NCBI GenBank assembly: GCA_040772385.1
Contig: JAXGYF010000001.1
Location: forward strand, 6,701,049-6,765,048
Source of the DNA: Candidatus Vecturithrix sp.
Lineage (GTDB): Bacteria; Moduliflexota; Moduliflexia; Moduliflexales; Moduliflexaceae
Direction: 5' to 3'
Length of the DNA stretch: 64,000 nucleotides
Positions 35,425 to 44,287 of this stretch are shown here, piece by piece. The notes under the pieces were generated by a model that ran no database searches, had not been told where the DNA came from, and worked only from the letters and a program-made list of their open reading frames with translations. Within the stretch, counting starts at the first letter, position 1, and every line of letters begins with the position of its first letter. The translations under genes were made by a program, and so were the position numbers.

Positions 35425-36783
35425 TTATTGTTCTTTGACGCTTTGCCAAAATGTTTCCCTGGCCGGAAACTGGTCAGTGAAGCCATCGAGTAACAGCACG
35501 TCGCTGTCGCGAAGCTCAAGTAAGACCTTTCCTGTTTCTGTCGTCCAGATCGCAACAGAGATGTGGTTATCAAGAACGCGATTTTCGAAATGTCCGGGAT
35601 AGCGTTTTGTAAGCATGGCGGTGTATGTTTCAAAAAATTCGCGGGCATCCTGAGGCGTATCCCAGGTGGTGTACCAGGCTAAAAAGAGGTTGCCGGTATC
35701 AGCGTGTTCGTACAGGCCAAAACGGTCGCCATCCCATCCTGCGGCGGCGAGCCGAGCCTGCTCTGCTGGCAGATACCCATCAAGCAGTAGGGATACATTA
35801 AATTCTCCTAAAGTATTCTGTTCGAGCAGCCTCCAGTCAACATGCATTGCTTCAACATCAGGCAATTCAATCATTGTGGGCCAGTCGCGTTCTTTGAAAT
35901 ATTTTTCAGGATGCAGAATGTGCTCGGTGGAGATCGGGAAATCGGTATAGGCTTGATTGATTGCTTCCCAATTCCCTTGCTGCTTCAGGGACAAGACAAA
36001 TTCGAATCCCTGAAGATAGGAAAACAGCAAATTATCCATAATATAGCGCGGTGTTGCTTGAAAAAGTCCTAACCCCCTAACCAACGGGCTGTTTGCCCAA
36101 CGCTGCATGGACTCGGCAATGTCAGGCACCTGAGTGGCGTCAAGACCTGCTTGCTGCTGAGCAAGGATATAATCAATCATCACCAGCGTTGCATCCCCTT
36201 CAATCAGTGCGCGGACAGCAGAAGCCAGATCTTCCTGGCCAAGATCTTCAAAAGGGAGCGAGAGTAAATCGAAATGCTGATCCTGCAACGCATGCGTCAA
36301 TTCATGAGCAAGTAAGATGGTATCTAACGAAAGCCCCAGACTTTGAGCAAACAAACGGCTCAGCATGTCTAGTGGCAGAAACGATGTTTGTTTGCCAGTT
36401 GTGTTCCCTTGAATTAAGGCCATCTTTTTCTCAAGCGGATCGTAATAGCCTGCGATTTGCTGCGAATATAACTGTGTGAACAGCGTATTCAGGCGAATCG
36501 GACTCACAATAAATCCGAATTTGAGCAACCGCTTTTCAAGAATGCGAAATGTTTCGCCCGGATACGTGCGTTCGATTTCACGGCGCAAGACGTCGAGGAA
36601 CTCCTCTGGCGATTGAAAAATCACTTCTATTTCCTGTAAAAACGGCAATTTTCTGATCTGAGCGACCTGAGGTTTAATCTGTTCGGTGAGTCTTTCTAAA
36701 GTCTGGGCGAAAGCCGGTTCGGACCAGATCACCAAAAAACAGGTTCCAATCAACAACAAGAGCAAACTTTTTTTATTTTTCAT
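35425..36783 (-). CDS. secreted hypothetical protein with HExxH (HELTH) motif, possible metallopeptidase
   Basis: Signal peptide ending AFAQ; LLAHELTHALQDQ. Confidence 0.4.
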   Translation of the reverse strand: MKNKKSLLLLLIGTCFLVIWSEPAFAQTLERLTEQIKPQVAQIRKLPFLQEIEVIFQSPEEFLDVLRREIERTYPGETFRILEKRLLKFGFIVSPIRLNTLFTQLYSQQIAGYYDPLEKKMALIQGNTTGKQTSFLPLDMLSRLFAQSLGLSLDTILLAHELTHALQDQHFDLLSLPFEDLGQEDLASAVRALIEGDATLVMIDYILAQQQAGLDATQVPDIAESMQRWANSPLVRGLGLFQATPRYIMDNLLFSYLQGFEFVLSLKQQGNWEAINQAYTDFPISTEHILHPEKYFKERDWPTMIELPDVEAMHVDWRLLEQNTLGEFNVSLLLDGYLPAEQARLAAAGWDGDRFGLYEHADTGNLFLAWYTTWDTPQDAREFFETYTAMLTKRYPGHFENRVLDNHISVAIWTTETGKVLLELRDSDVLLLDGFTDQFPARETFWQSVKEQ

Positions 36784-36866
36784 ACTGTTATGAACTCACC
36801 ATGGTTCGGACAGCTTTGAGTTCCTCCGCTCTATGGCTCAGATTGACCAAAGTCGTCAACCTTGAC

Positions 36867-39113
36867 TCATCGTAGTCTATAAGTAATCGGAATAATCCCC
36901 CATACGGGTTGATTTCCAGAAGAGAGCGGAGTAAATCGCCAACTTTTCAGGTATTGAATCGCGGCGCGTTCCAGGCGCACGTCTCCGCGTTGCAGAGGAA
37001 TAACCTCACCCACAGAACCATCAGGCAGTACCCAAAATTGTAAGCGAATTGTAACCTCAACATCCAGGTCAATTTCAGGTAAGTGTAATGGTTTAGAAAT
37101 CACCTGACGCATTGAAGCCGGCCCTTCAATCACTGCCGAGGCAGGGCCTTCTTCCGAAGTCTCCGTACTAATTCGCTGCAGCGCATCATCGAGTTGAATC
37201 GTTTTTTCAGGCAACCTGACATCAGGGGCAGAGACGTCTTTTCTGGCGAACATCCCAAAAGAAACAGGTTGCACAGACACAATCGCTGCGTCTCTTTCCG
37301 CGCCAAAGACGAAGGAGCGTTGTTCAGGTTCGAATGCCAGGATCTGCTTCGGAGCAGCAGCAAGATCGCTTTCCGGGCGCGACGTGAGTTTTTGAGGTCT
37401 TTGAAGCGTTTCAGGCGCTGTCTCTCTGACGTGTTGCTCCATAGATTGGGAGCGCCGAACAATCTTCACTTCCGGCTCCTGGATATCCTGCGCCTTTTTT
37501 TTCATCCCAAAGGCATCGTCAATAGCTGTCAGCATTTTCTCCGATGAGATGAAAGGGGTTAGGGCCGCCGACGTCAGGACATCCTGCGGCATCAACACCT
37601 GTCGTGTTCGCAAAACAGACGGCTCACGATCCGAAGATGGCTGTTGATGTTCTTCAATCCGAGTGACATCAGGTAATTGCAGTTTGGGAATCACGATCGC
37701 AAGATCCTCCTCATCGGATAAGGTTACCCGCTCTTGCTGTCCCGGATCAACCGCCATCACCAGGGCCGGAAACGTAGAATACGATTGGAATGCCGGGAAC
37801 ATTTTTTGTGAAGACTTTTCTTCCTGGACCGGGGCTTTCTTCTGGCGCAGAACATGCATTTTTCGTTCAATATTTTCAGTCAATGGCTCCGGGCTTCGGG
37901 GGTTTTTTGCCAATGATACAGGAGAATATATACGTTGCGGCGCACCAATTATTTGAGTCATGGCAGGCTTTGTGCTCTGGAGAAATTCGCGATCTTGTAA
38001 TTCAGCTATTGTTTCAAGCGAGCCAGTTCCTGATAGAGCCGGACGATCTATGTTTTCTGCATATCGAATCTGATCGTACACTATTGCAGGAATAGCTTTG
38101 CTGTCAGTCAACTGTTCCTCAAATCTGACATAAGTAGACTGTTTATCGGCTAGTAAGAGAAGGCTTTCCATTGCAGAGGTCGGACGATGAACAGATTTCA
38201 GCACAGGTTCGGACACATCAATTCTATCCTGGCTATGACTTGTGGGTAACAGCACTGCTTGCGCCGGCCGAAATTCTGGTTCGGTTTCCGCTGAAATCGT
38301 CATCGCTCTCGCCTCTACACGCATCTCAAAACCAGATAGAGTTGAAGCGCGTGCTTGTTCCGCAGGAAGATTCTGTGGCAGGACCTTTTCTTCAATCATT
38401 CTAAGAGGCGATCTTTCCTGAGAAGCGGGAATATCAGAGACAATTGAACGCTCAGGAATAGGCGCATCCGAATGAGTGGTTCGTTTCATGATCGGCTCTG
38501 CAGCAAGAAAAGGAATGTTTGCCTGCTCAAAAACCTCGGACAGTTGACTTCTTTTCAGATCCGGAAGCATTTCCTGGATAACCACAGAGTCGTTCTGCCC
38601 GACACGATCATAGGGCTGGTCGGCCGTCACGATCACCTCTGTGTTAAATTCTTGCAGGCGATGGGTTTCATTGACTGCCGTCTCCGGCTTTGTTTTGTCA
38701 AAGGCTCGTGCAGGAAGAACCACTACATCCATCGCAGGCAAATCTGCCTGTGTTGCTAATCTTTGAGGGTTGATGACAGTATTGACGTCTTCCAGGGTTT
38801 CAGGCAGCGTGAAATGCTGTTGGGGGATGAGAAGCGAATACGGCTGTTCCTGCTGTTTGTTGATCATCTCAGGCGCCAGGGGTTCATAATCGGATAACGG
38901 CGTCACTGCTTCTTCTTGTTGTTCCATATTTTCCGGCGGTAGTACCCCTTGTTCATCTCGCGGTTGTTCATCTTCCGATAAAATATCATGTTCTTCCGAC
39001 TCTATTAACACGGTTTCAATCTCAAAATACCGCAGAGAGGGTTGAGGCAGAAGATCGACCGAGGGAATCAGAGAAATAACGGCCGCATGCACCAGAAACG
39101 AGATCACGAGCAT
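36867..39113 (-). CDS. TonB-like energy-transducer family protein with a very long acidic/proline-rich linker
   Basis: N-terminal TM (MLVISFLVHAAVISLIP); the C-terminal about 90 aa resemble the TonB_C fold (LQFWVLPDGSVGEV...AAIQYLKSWRFTP). Start chosen at the TM-proximal ATG. Confidence 0.45.
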   Translation of the reverse strand: MLVISFLVHAAVISLIPSVDLLPQPSLRYFEIETVLIESEEHDILSEDEQPRDEQGVLPPENMEQQEEAVTPLSDYEPLAPEMINKQQEQPYSLLIPQQHFTLPETLEDVNTVINPQRLATQADLPAMDVVVLPARAFDKTKPETAVNETHRLQEFNTEVIVTADQPYDRVGQNDSVVIQEMLPDLKRSQLSEVFEQANIPFLAAEPIMKRTTHSDAPIPERSIVSDIPASQERSPLRMIEEKVLPQNLPAEQARASTLSGFEMRVEARAMTISAETEPEFRPAQAVLLPTSHSQDRIDVSEPVLKSVHRPTSAMESLLLLADKQSTYVRFEEQLTDSKAIPAIVYDQIRYAENIDRPALSGTGSLETIAELQDREFLQSTKPAMTQIIGAPQRIYSPVSLAKNPRSPEPLTENIERKMHVLRQKKAPVQEEKSSQKMFPAFQSYSTFPALVMAVDPGQQERVTLSDEEDLAIVIPKLQLPDVTRIEEHQQPSSDREPSVLRTRQVLMPQDVLTSAALTPFISSEKMLTAIDDAFGMKKKAQDIQEPEVKIVRRSQSMEQHVRETAPETLQRPQKLTSRPESDLAAAPKQILAFEPEQRSFVFGAERDAAIVSVQPVSFGMFARKDVSAPDVRLPEKTIQLDDALQRISTETSEEGPASAVIEGPASMRQVISKPLHLPEIDLDVEVTIRLQFWVLPDGSVGEVIPLQRGDVRLERAAIQYLKSWRFTPLSSGNQPVWGIIPITYRLR

Positions 39114-39446
39114 CTTGACTAATGTCGGACCGCTGTCGGAAGATCGCTGTTTCCTTAGTCTATTCACCGGAAATATGTGTTTCAGTGTGTAAGTACTTGC
39201 GAAAACCGTGAAACACTTAAACACGGAAACACCTGAGCACTTGAACACCAACCCATTGATCTAGAATAAATTAGGTATAGTTATAATCAATACCAAAATT
39301 CAGATTCTGTCAAGGAGTTAGATAGCATGTTTTTTTATAATCACATGTTTTTCATGTAACCAATGCAATTTTCCTTCGTCAACTCAACAAACGTTTATGT
39401 ATTATGTAAAATCTCCTATCAGATCGGCTGAAGGGAGGGGAGAATT

Positions 39447-39800
39447 ATGGGACTTGCAGTAGAACAACACTCTATGTTTGACAATGTAGAGTTTTTTCCA
39501 TATCAAAAACCATCGCTTCATGTGTGCTGGCAGCACCTGTTAGGAGTGAATGTCTTGAACCTCTACCGGCTTCTTGAGGAGAAAGGAGATTATCAGGCTA
39601 TGCAGTGGTTAGAGCATATTCAGTTGGATGATTATGTAGTTGAGGTGTCTTCTCTTCCCTGTCCGTACCGTGATAGAGAGCGTATTGGCAAAGTCATTGC
39701 CATTGGTCGGAATTACGTGCTGATTCAAACCGACGACGGTCAACGCGTGAAATGGGTGAATGGCAAACTTTTGAAGGTTCCTGAAACGGTCATGTATTGA
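39447..39800 (+). CDS. hypothetical protein (117 aa)
   Basis: GGGAGGGGAGAATT RBS precedes the ATG; no recognisable motif. Confidence 0.5.
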   Translation: MGLAVEQHSMFDNVEFFPYQKPSLHVCWQHLLGVNVLNLYRLLEEKGDYQAMQWLEHIQLDDYVVEVSSLPCPYRDRERIGKVIAIGRNYVLIQTDDGQRVKWVNGKLLKVPETVMY

Positions 39801-39878
39801 AAAGGCGAAGGAGGCGAAAGGGTTAGAAAAATTCTTCAACTTTAACTGTTCTGGTCCCCTAAGTCCCTTGAGTCACTT

Positions 39879-40307
39879 CTAAAACTGTTGTTCAAGGCGG
39901 CGTTTGACATCTTTGGAGGGATGTCTGCGCTGCCAATAACTCGCTGCCTGGGTGTCATACCGTTCATCAAGCATATCCGCTTTGAAAATTCTTGCAACCA
40001 GGCCGATGACCGTAAACATTAAATAGAACAGCAGAGACAGAATCACACGCGTCATGAAATACCCCAGCGTGATTGCAAACGTCATCCACCAGAGGTAAAT
40101 CTTTTTTAAGCCCTGCGGATATGTGACTCCTGCGCCATAAAACCCTAAAAATAATAAAAAGACCAGAGGAAAAACTGCGCTCATACGATAAAAAGCAATA
40201 AGAGTGAAGGTCCCAAACACCCATCCCATTGTTAGACCGAATGTGCGCAAACTTTGCTGATCAATGGGTAAATTTTTGACTTCTGCGGCAATTTCTTCTC
40301 GAATCAT
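39879..40307 (-). CDS. SxtJ-like small membrane protein
   Basis: 3-4 TM protein immediately downstream of a carbamoyltransferase, the arrangement seen for SxtJ-family genes. Confidence 0.45.
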   Translation of the reverse strand: MIREEIAAEVKNLPIDQQSLRTFGLTMGWVFGTFTLIAFYRMSAVFPLVFLLFLGFYGAGVTYPQGLKKIYLWWMTFAITLGYFMTRVILSLLFYLMFTVIGLVARIFKADMLDERYDTQAASYWQRRHPSKDVKRRLEQQF

Positions 40308-40320
40308 AGCGTTTTCTCCC

Positions 40321-42138
40321 TTAGTCCAGTTCGAATTCGTTTAACCAATCCGTATCTTTGTCAAGCGGTTGTTGTTCTTTCTTGGTGAGCAGACAGGTTC
40401 CCATGATCAAATAATCCATGTTGGTCCGCATAAAACAGAGGTAAGCGTCCTGAGGTGTACACACGATCGGTTCTCCACGCACATTAAAGGAGGTGTTAAT
40501 GATCACGGCGCAGCCGTATTTTTCATGAAATTTGCTGATCATGGCATGATAGATCGGATTCGTCTCTTTACTTACGGTTTGCACCCGGGCCGAGTAATCA
40601 ACATGGGTAATCGCTGGAATTGTTGATCTGACCAGGTTCAATTTTTGCAAGCCAAAATAGCTCTGTTCTTCCACGCTCATTTCCCGGCACAATTCTTTTT
40701 TGACTGGGGCTACCAACAGCATATAGGGGCTTTTGCGATCGAGTTCGAAATAATTTGAAACCTCTTCTTCAATCACAGACGGCGCAAACGGGCGAAAACT
40801 TTCTCTGAATTTGATTTTCAAATTCATGGTTTCTTGCATTTTGGGCGAACGAGCGTCGCCGAGGATGCTGCGGCTGCCTAGGGCGCGCGGGCCAAATTCC
40901 ATTCTACCCTGAAACCACCCGACGACATGCTCAGTGGCAATCAGATCGGCAATTTTTTCAGGCAGCTCTGCCGCTGTTAATTTCGTATAAGGGTAACCGT
41001 GTTCGGTGAGATAGGCTTCAATTTCCTGATCAGAAAAAGCAGGTCCCAAATAGGATCCTTGTTGAACATCATTGCGATTATCCGCATAACGCGGCTTCTC
41101 CAGGTACCTGTGCCAGACCATTAAGGCCGCGCCCAACGCACCGCCGGCATCCCCGGCTGCCGGTTGAATCCAGAGATCTTCAAACGGACCTTCTCGTAAA
41201 ATTCGTCCATTACCGACACAGTTTAACGCTACCCCCCCCGCCAGACAAAGGTATTTCTGTCCGGTTTCCTGGTGAATATGGCGCGCCATGCGTAGCATCA
41301 CTTCTTCGGTGACATCCTGCACCGATCGCGCTAAATCCATCTCGCGCTGCGTCAGCTTCGCTTCAGGTTGACGCGGCGGACCACCGAATAAGGTATGAAA
41401 TTTTTCATTGGTCATTGTCAGACCGGCGCAATAATCAAAATATGCCATGTTCATCTTAAATGATCCGTCGTCTTTCAAATCCATCAGATGCTCCAGAATC
41501 AGATCCACGTATTTCGGTTCGCCATAAGGCGCCAGTCCCATCACCTTGTATTCGCCGGAATTAACTTTAAATCCGGTATAATACGTAAAAGCAGTGTATA
41601 ATAATCCTAGCGAATGGGGGAATTTGATCTCGGAGAGCAGTTCAATCTGGTTCTCTTTACCGACACCAAAACTGGCCGTGGTCCATTCGCCGACCCCGTC
41701 AATCGTCAAAAATGCCGCTTCCTGAAACGGTGAAGGGAAAAATGCTGAGGCTGCATGGGATTCATGGTGCTCAGGGAAGAGAATCTTGCCTTTGTATCCC
41801 ACATCATTCGCAATCAACTCTTTAATCCACAACTTTTGTTTCACCCACAGCGGCATTGATTTGATAAAGGATTTGATACCGCGCGGCGCATAAGCCAGAT
41901 ACGTCTCCAAAATCCGCTCAAACTTCACAAAAGGCTTATCATAAAACGCCACAAAATCCAGGTCTTCAGGAGTTAGTCCTTTCTCTTTGAGGCAATAGGC
42001 TACCGCGTTTTTCGGGAATGAATGATCGTGCTTCTTGCGAGTAAACCGCTCTTCCTGAGCAGCGGCGACAATTTTGCCGTCCTGGACAAGACAGGCCGCG
42101 CTGTCGTGATAAAAGGCTGAAATCCCAAGAATATTCAT
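40321..42138 (-). CDS. carbamoyltransferase (NodU/CmcH family)
   Basis: N-terminal ILGISAFYHDSAACLV and C-terminal carbamoyltransferase domain pattern; 605 aa. Confidence 0.8.
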   Translation of the reverse strand: MNILGISAFYHDSAACLVQDGKIVAAAQEERFTRKKHDHSFPKNAVAYCLKEKGLTPEDLDFVAFYDKPFVKFERILETYLAYAPRGIKSFIKSMPLWVKQKLWIKELIANDVGYKGKILFPEHHESHAASAFFPSPFQEAAFLTIDGVGEWTTASFGVGKENQIELLSEIKFPHSLGLLYTAFTYYTGFKVNSGEYKVMGLAPYGEPKYVDLILEHLMDLKDDGSFKMNMAYFDYCAGLTMTNEKFHTLFGGPPRQPEAKLTQREMDLARSVQDVTEEVMLRMARHIHQETGQKYLCLAGGVALNCVGNGRILREGPFEDLWIQPAAGDAGGALGAALMVWHRYLEKPRYADNRNDVQQGSYLGPAFSDQEIEAYLTEHGYPYTKLTAAELPEKIADLIATEHVVGWFQGRMEFGPRALGSRSILGDARSPKMQETMNLKIKFRESFRPFAPSVIEEEVSNYFELDRKSPYMLLVAPVKKELCREMSVEEQSYFGLQKLNLVRSTIPAITHVDYSARVQTVSKETNPIYHAMISKFHEKYGCAVIINTSFNVRGEPIVCTPQDAYLCFMRTNMDYLIMGTCLLTKKEQQPLDKDTDWLNEFELD

Positions 42139-42172
42139 TATGTCCTTCTCCTATATGTGTAAGAAACCGGGT

Positions 42173-42203
42173 TTTTAGCAAAAACCCGGTTTCTCTGCAA
42201 AAG
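42173..42203. repeat. PRE-family palindrome GAAACCGGGTTTTTAGCAAAAACCCGGTTTC, about 35 nt 5' of the carbamoyltransferase start, followed by the TTACAC..GGAGAAGG module
   Basis: Read from sequence. Confidence 0.6.
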
Positions 42204-42231
42204 CTCCGATTTCTTGGCCTGAGTTTTCACC

Positions 42232-43266
42232 TTACAAAATCAACATCGCATCACCATAGCTATAGAACCTGTAACGGTGATCAATCGCTTCCTGATAGGC
42301 TCTGCGCATCAATTCCATCCCCCCGAAAGCTGAAACCAACATCAACAGCGACGACTTCGGCAAATGAAAGTTTGTAATCAGGGCGTTTGTAACGCGAAAT
42401 TGAAACCCGGGATAGATAAAAATATCCGCCCAGCCACTGCCTGATGACAGCGATCCGTATTGAGCATAGACTGCTTCGATTAAGCGTGTACTGGTGGTGC
42501 CGACACTCATAATCCGGCGTCCCTGGGTAACAGCACAATTCAAGCGTTCTGCGGTATATTCGCAAAGCTCATACCATTCCGGAGCAATCTGGTGTTCTTC
42601 GACATGTTCGACTTTTACTGGTTGAAATGTCCCGATACCGACGTGTAGAGTGACAGAAACAATCTCGATCCCTTTTTCCCTGATCGCATCAAGGAGTTGT
42701 TCCGAGAAGTGTAATCCTGCGGTAGGAGCGGCAACAGCCCCTTCATGCCGGGCATACACGGTCTGGTAGCGATCGTGATCCTCCGGGAACATCCCTTCAT
42801 CTCGATGAATGTATGGCGGTAAAGGCGTTTCTCCTAAGCGGTAAAGCGTCGCTTTTAAATCTGCCCGCGGTTCAAAAACAACGATGCCTTTGCCTGCCCC
42901 TCCTTTTTCCTGAATTATTCCCGTAAGCTCGCCTGCGCCAAACTCCACACGAGTTCCCGGCCGGACTTTACCGCCGATCAAAATTTCCCACACCGTCTCC
43001 TCGCGCTGTCGCAAAAGAAAGATTTCCACTTTGCCGCCGCCGGGGAATTTTCGCCCATGAAGCCTGGCCGGAATCACTCGCGTATCATTGACAACCAGCA
43101 CGTCAGACGGAAGCAGCCAGTCCGGAATTCGAGCAAAAATGGTATGCGTAATTTTTCCGCTTGCTCTTTCCACAACCATCAGGCGCGAGTGTTCGCGCAC
43201 TTTCGCGGGATATTGGGCAATCAATTCGGAAGGAAGCGCGTAATCAAAATCTGCCACCTGCATCAT
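42232..43266 (-). CDS. queA: S-adenosylmethionine:tRNA ribosyltransferase-isomerase
   Basis: FDYALPSELIAQYP N-terminus and overall QueA pattern. Confidence 0.8.
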   Translation of the reverse strand: MMQVADFDYALPSELIAQYPAKVREHSRLMVVERASGKITHTIFARIPDWLLPSDVLVVNDTRVIPARLHGRKFPGGGKVEIFLLRQREETVWEILIGGKVRPGTRVEFGAGELTGIIQEKGGAGKGIVVFEPRADLKATLYRLGETPLPPYIHRDEGMFPEDHDRYQTVYARHEGAVAAPTAGLHFSEQLLDAIREKGIEIVSVTLHVGIGTFQPVKVEHVEEHQIAPEWYELCEYTAERLNCAVTQGRRIMSVGTTSTRLIEAVYAQYGSLSSGSGWADIFIYPGFQFRVTNALITNFHLPKSSLLMLVSAFGGMELMRRAYQEAIDHRYRFYSYGDAMLIL

Positions 43267-43823
43267 TCAAGCATCCCTATGCGCGTGACCGGCCAGAACC
43301 GAAAAATAATTTTGGCCTCAACGTTCGCCGCCGGCAGAAAGCCCCACACGTGCCCATCCGCGCTGTTATTGCGGTTATCACCTAACACAAACAATTTTCC
43401 ATCCGGAACTTTGATCGCAGGAATGCGATAAAGTGGACTGGAAGCATAAGGTTCCTGCCTCGGTTCTCCGTTGATATAGACCATCCCGTTCTTCACTTCA
43501 ACGATATCGCCTTCAACCGCGACCACCCGTTTTACAAAACGTGAGACGTCGGCCTCGGCCTGCGGCGGCGGTTCAAAAACAACAATATCACCAGCCTTCG
43601 GCTCGGTAAACCAATAGAGAAATTTACATCCTAATAAACGGTCACCAATTTCTATGGTCGGCTGCATTGACCCGGTTGGCACGTAGTACGCGCCAACAAT
43701 TGTCATTCTGATAATCAATGCAAAAAGAATTGACAAAATAATAGTTTTACTCCAATCAAACAATAACGTTTTATACTGCGTTGTTGATTTTTGTTCAGTT
43801 TCGTTTTCCACTCTATTTTCCAT
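43263..43823 (-). CDS. lepB: signal peptidase I
   Basis: GSMQPTI (Ser box) and GDNRNNSADGHVWGF (box E) motifs. Confidence 0.8.
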   Translation of the reverse strand: MENRVENETEQKSTTQYKTLLFDWSKTIILSILFALIIRMTIVGAYYVPTGSMQPTIEIGDRLLGCKFLYWFTEPKAGDIVVFEPPPQAEADVSRFVKRVVAVEGDIVEVKNGMVYINGEPRQEPYASSPLYRIPAIKVPDGKLFVLGDNRNNSADGHVWGFLPAANVEAKIIFRFWPVTRIGMLE

Positions 43824-44287
43824 AACATTTTTTACTTTACGTTGAATATTGCGTGTTCATATTTTGGGGTTAAACCATGAGTTCCTTAAATAATCCGATG
43901 ATTCTGTGTCAAGGAAGTTTTCTGAGTTTTTACGAAAATCCTCAAAAAAACGAACAAACATGACTACAGGAACCAACAACCCTGTATAGGGAACCAAAAG
44001 GATTTTTTATAAGCACGAATTTTCTGAATTGTACCTGTTTGTTACGCTTTTTCAAACAAAAGTTCCGTTGAAGAGAAAGTAAAAATCCAGCCAATTTTTC
44101 ATTGTCAGGCCCATACTTTGCGATCCCAATGCAGCCGTGACAGTTCGATTTGACTGCCTGAAAATCCTTGACAATGCTCAAAATTATCATAAATTTGTGT
44201 TGTAATGTTAAAATTTTCATAAACAACATATGCTGAATCGGATACACTCGTGAAGCGTGAATTCCACGAATATACCCGACGAAAAAG

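Noticed and set aside
39114-39251. AACAC-rich quasi-tandem tract (GTGAAACACTTAAACACGGAAACACCTGAGCACTTGAACACC) upstream of the TonB-like gene
   Set aside because: Short, imperfect and single-copy. More likely a low-complexity 5' region than a repeat array.
43824-44287. ORFs 43942-44247 and 44105-44320 in the AT-rich divergent spacer
   Set aside because: AT-rich promoter region between lepB and the rhomboid gene; the ORFs have odd composition and no SD.
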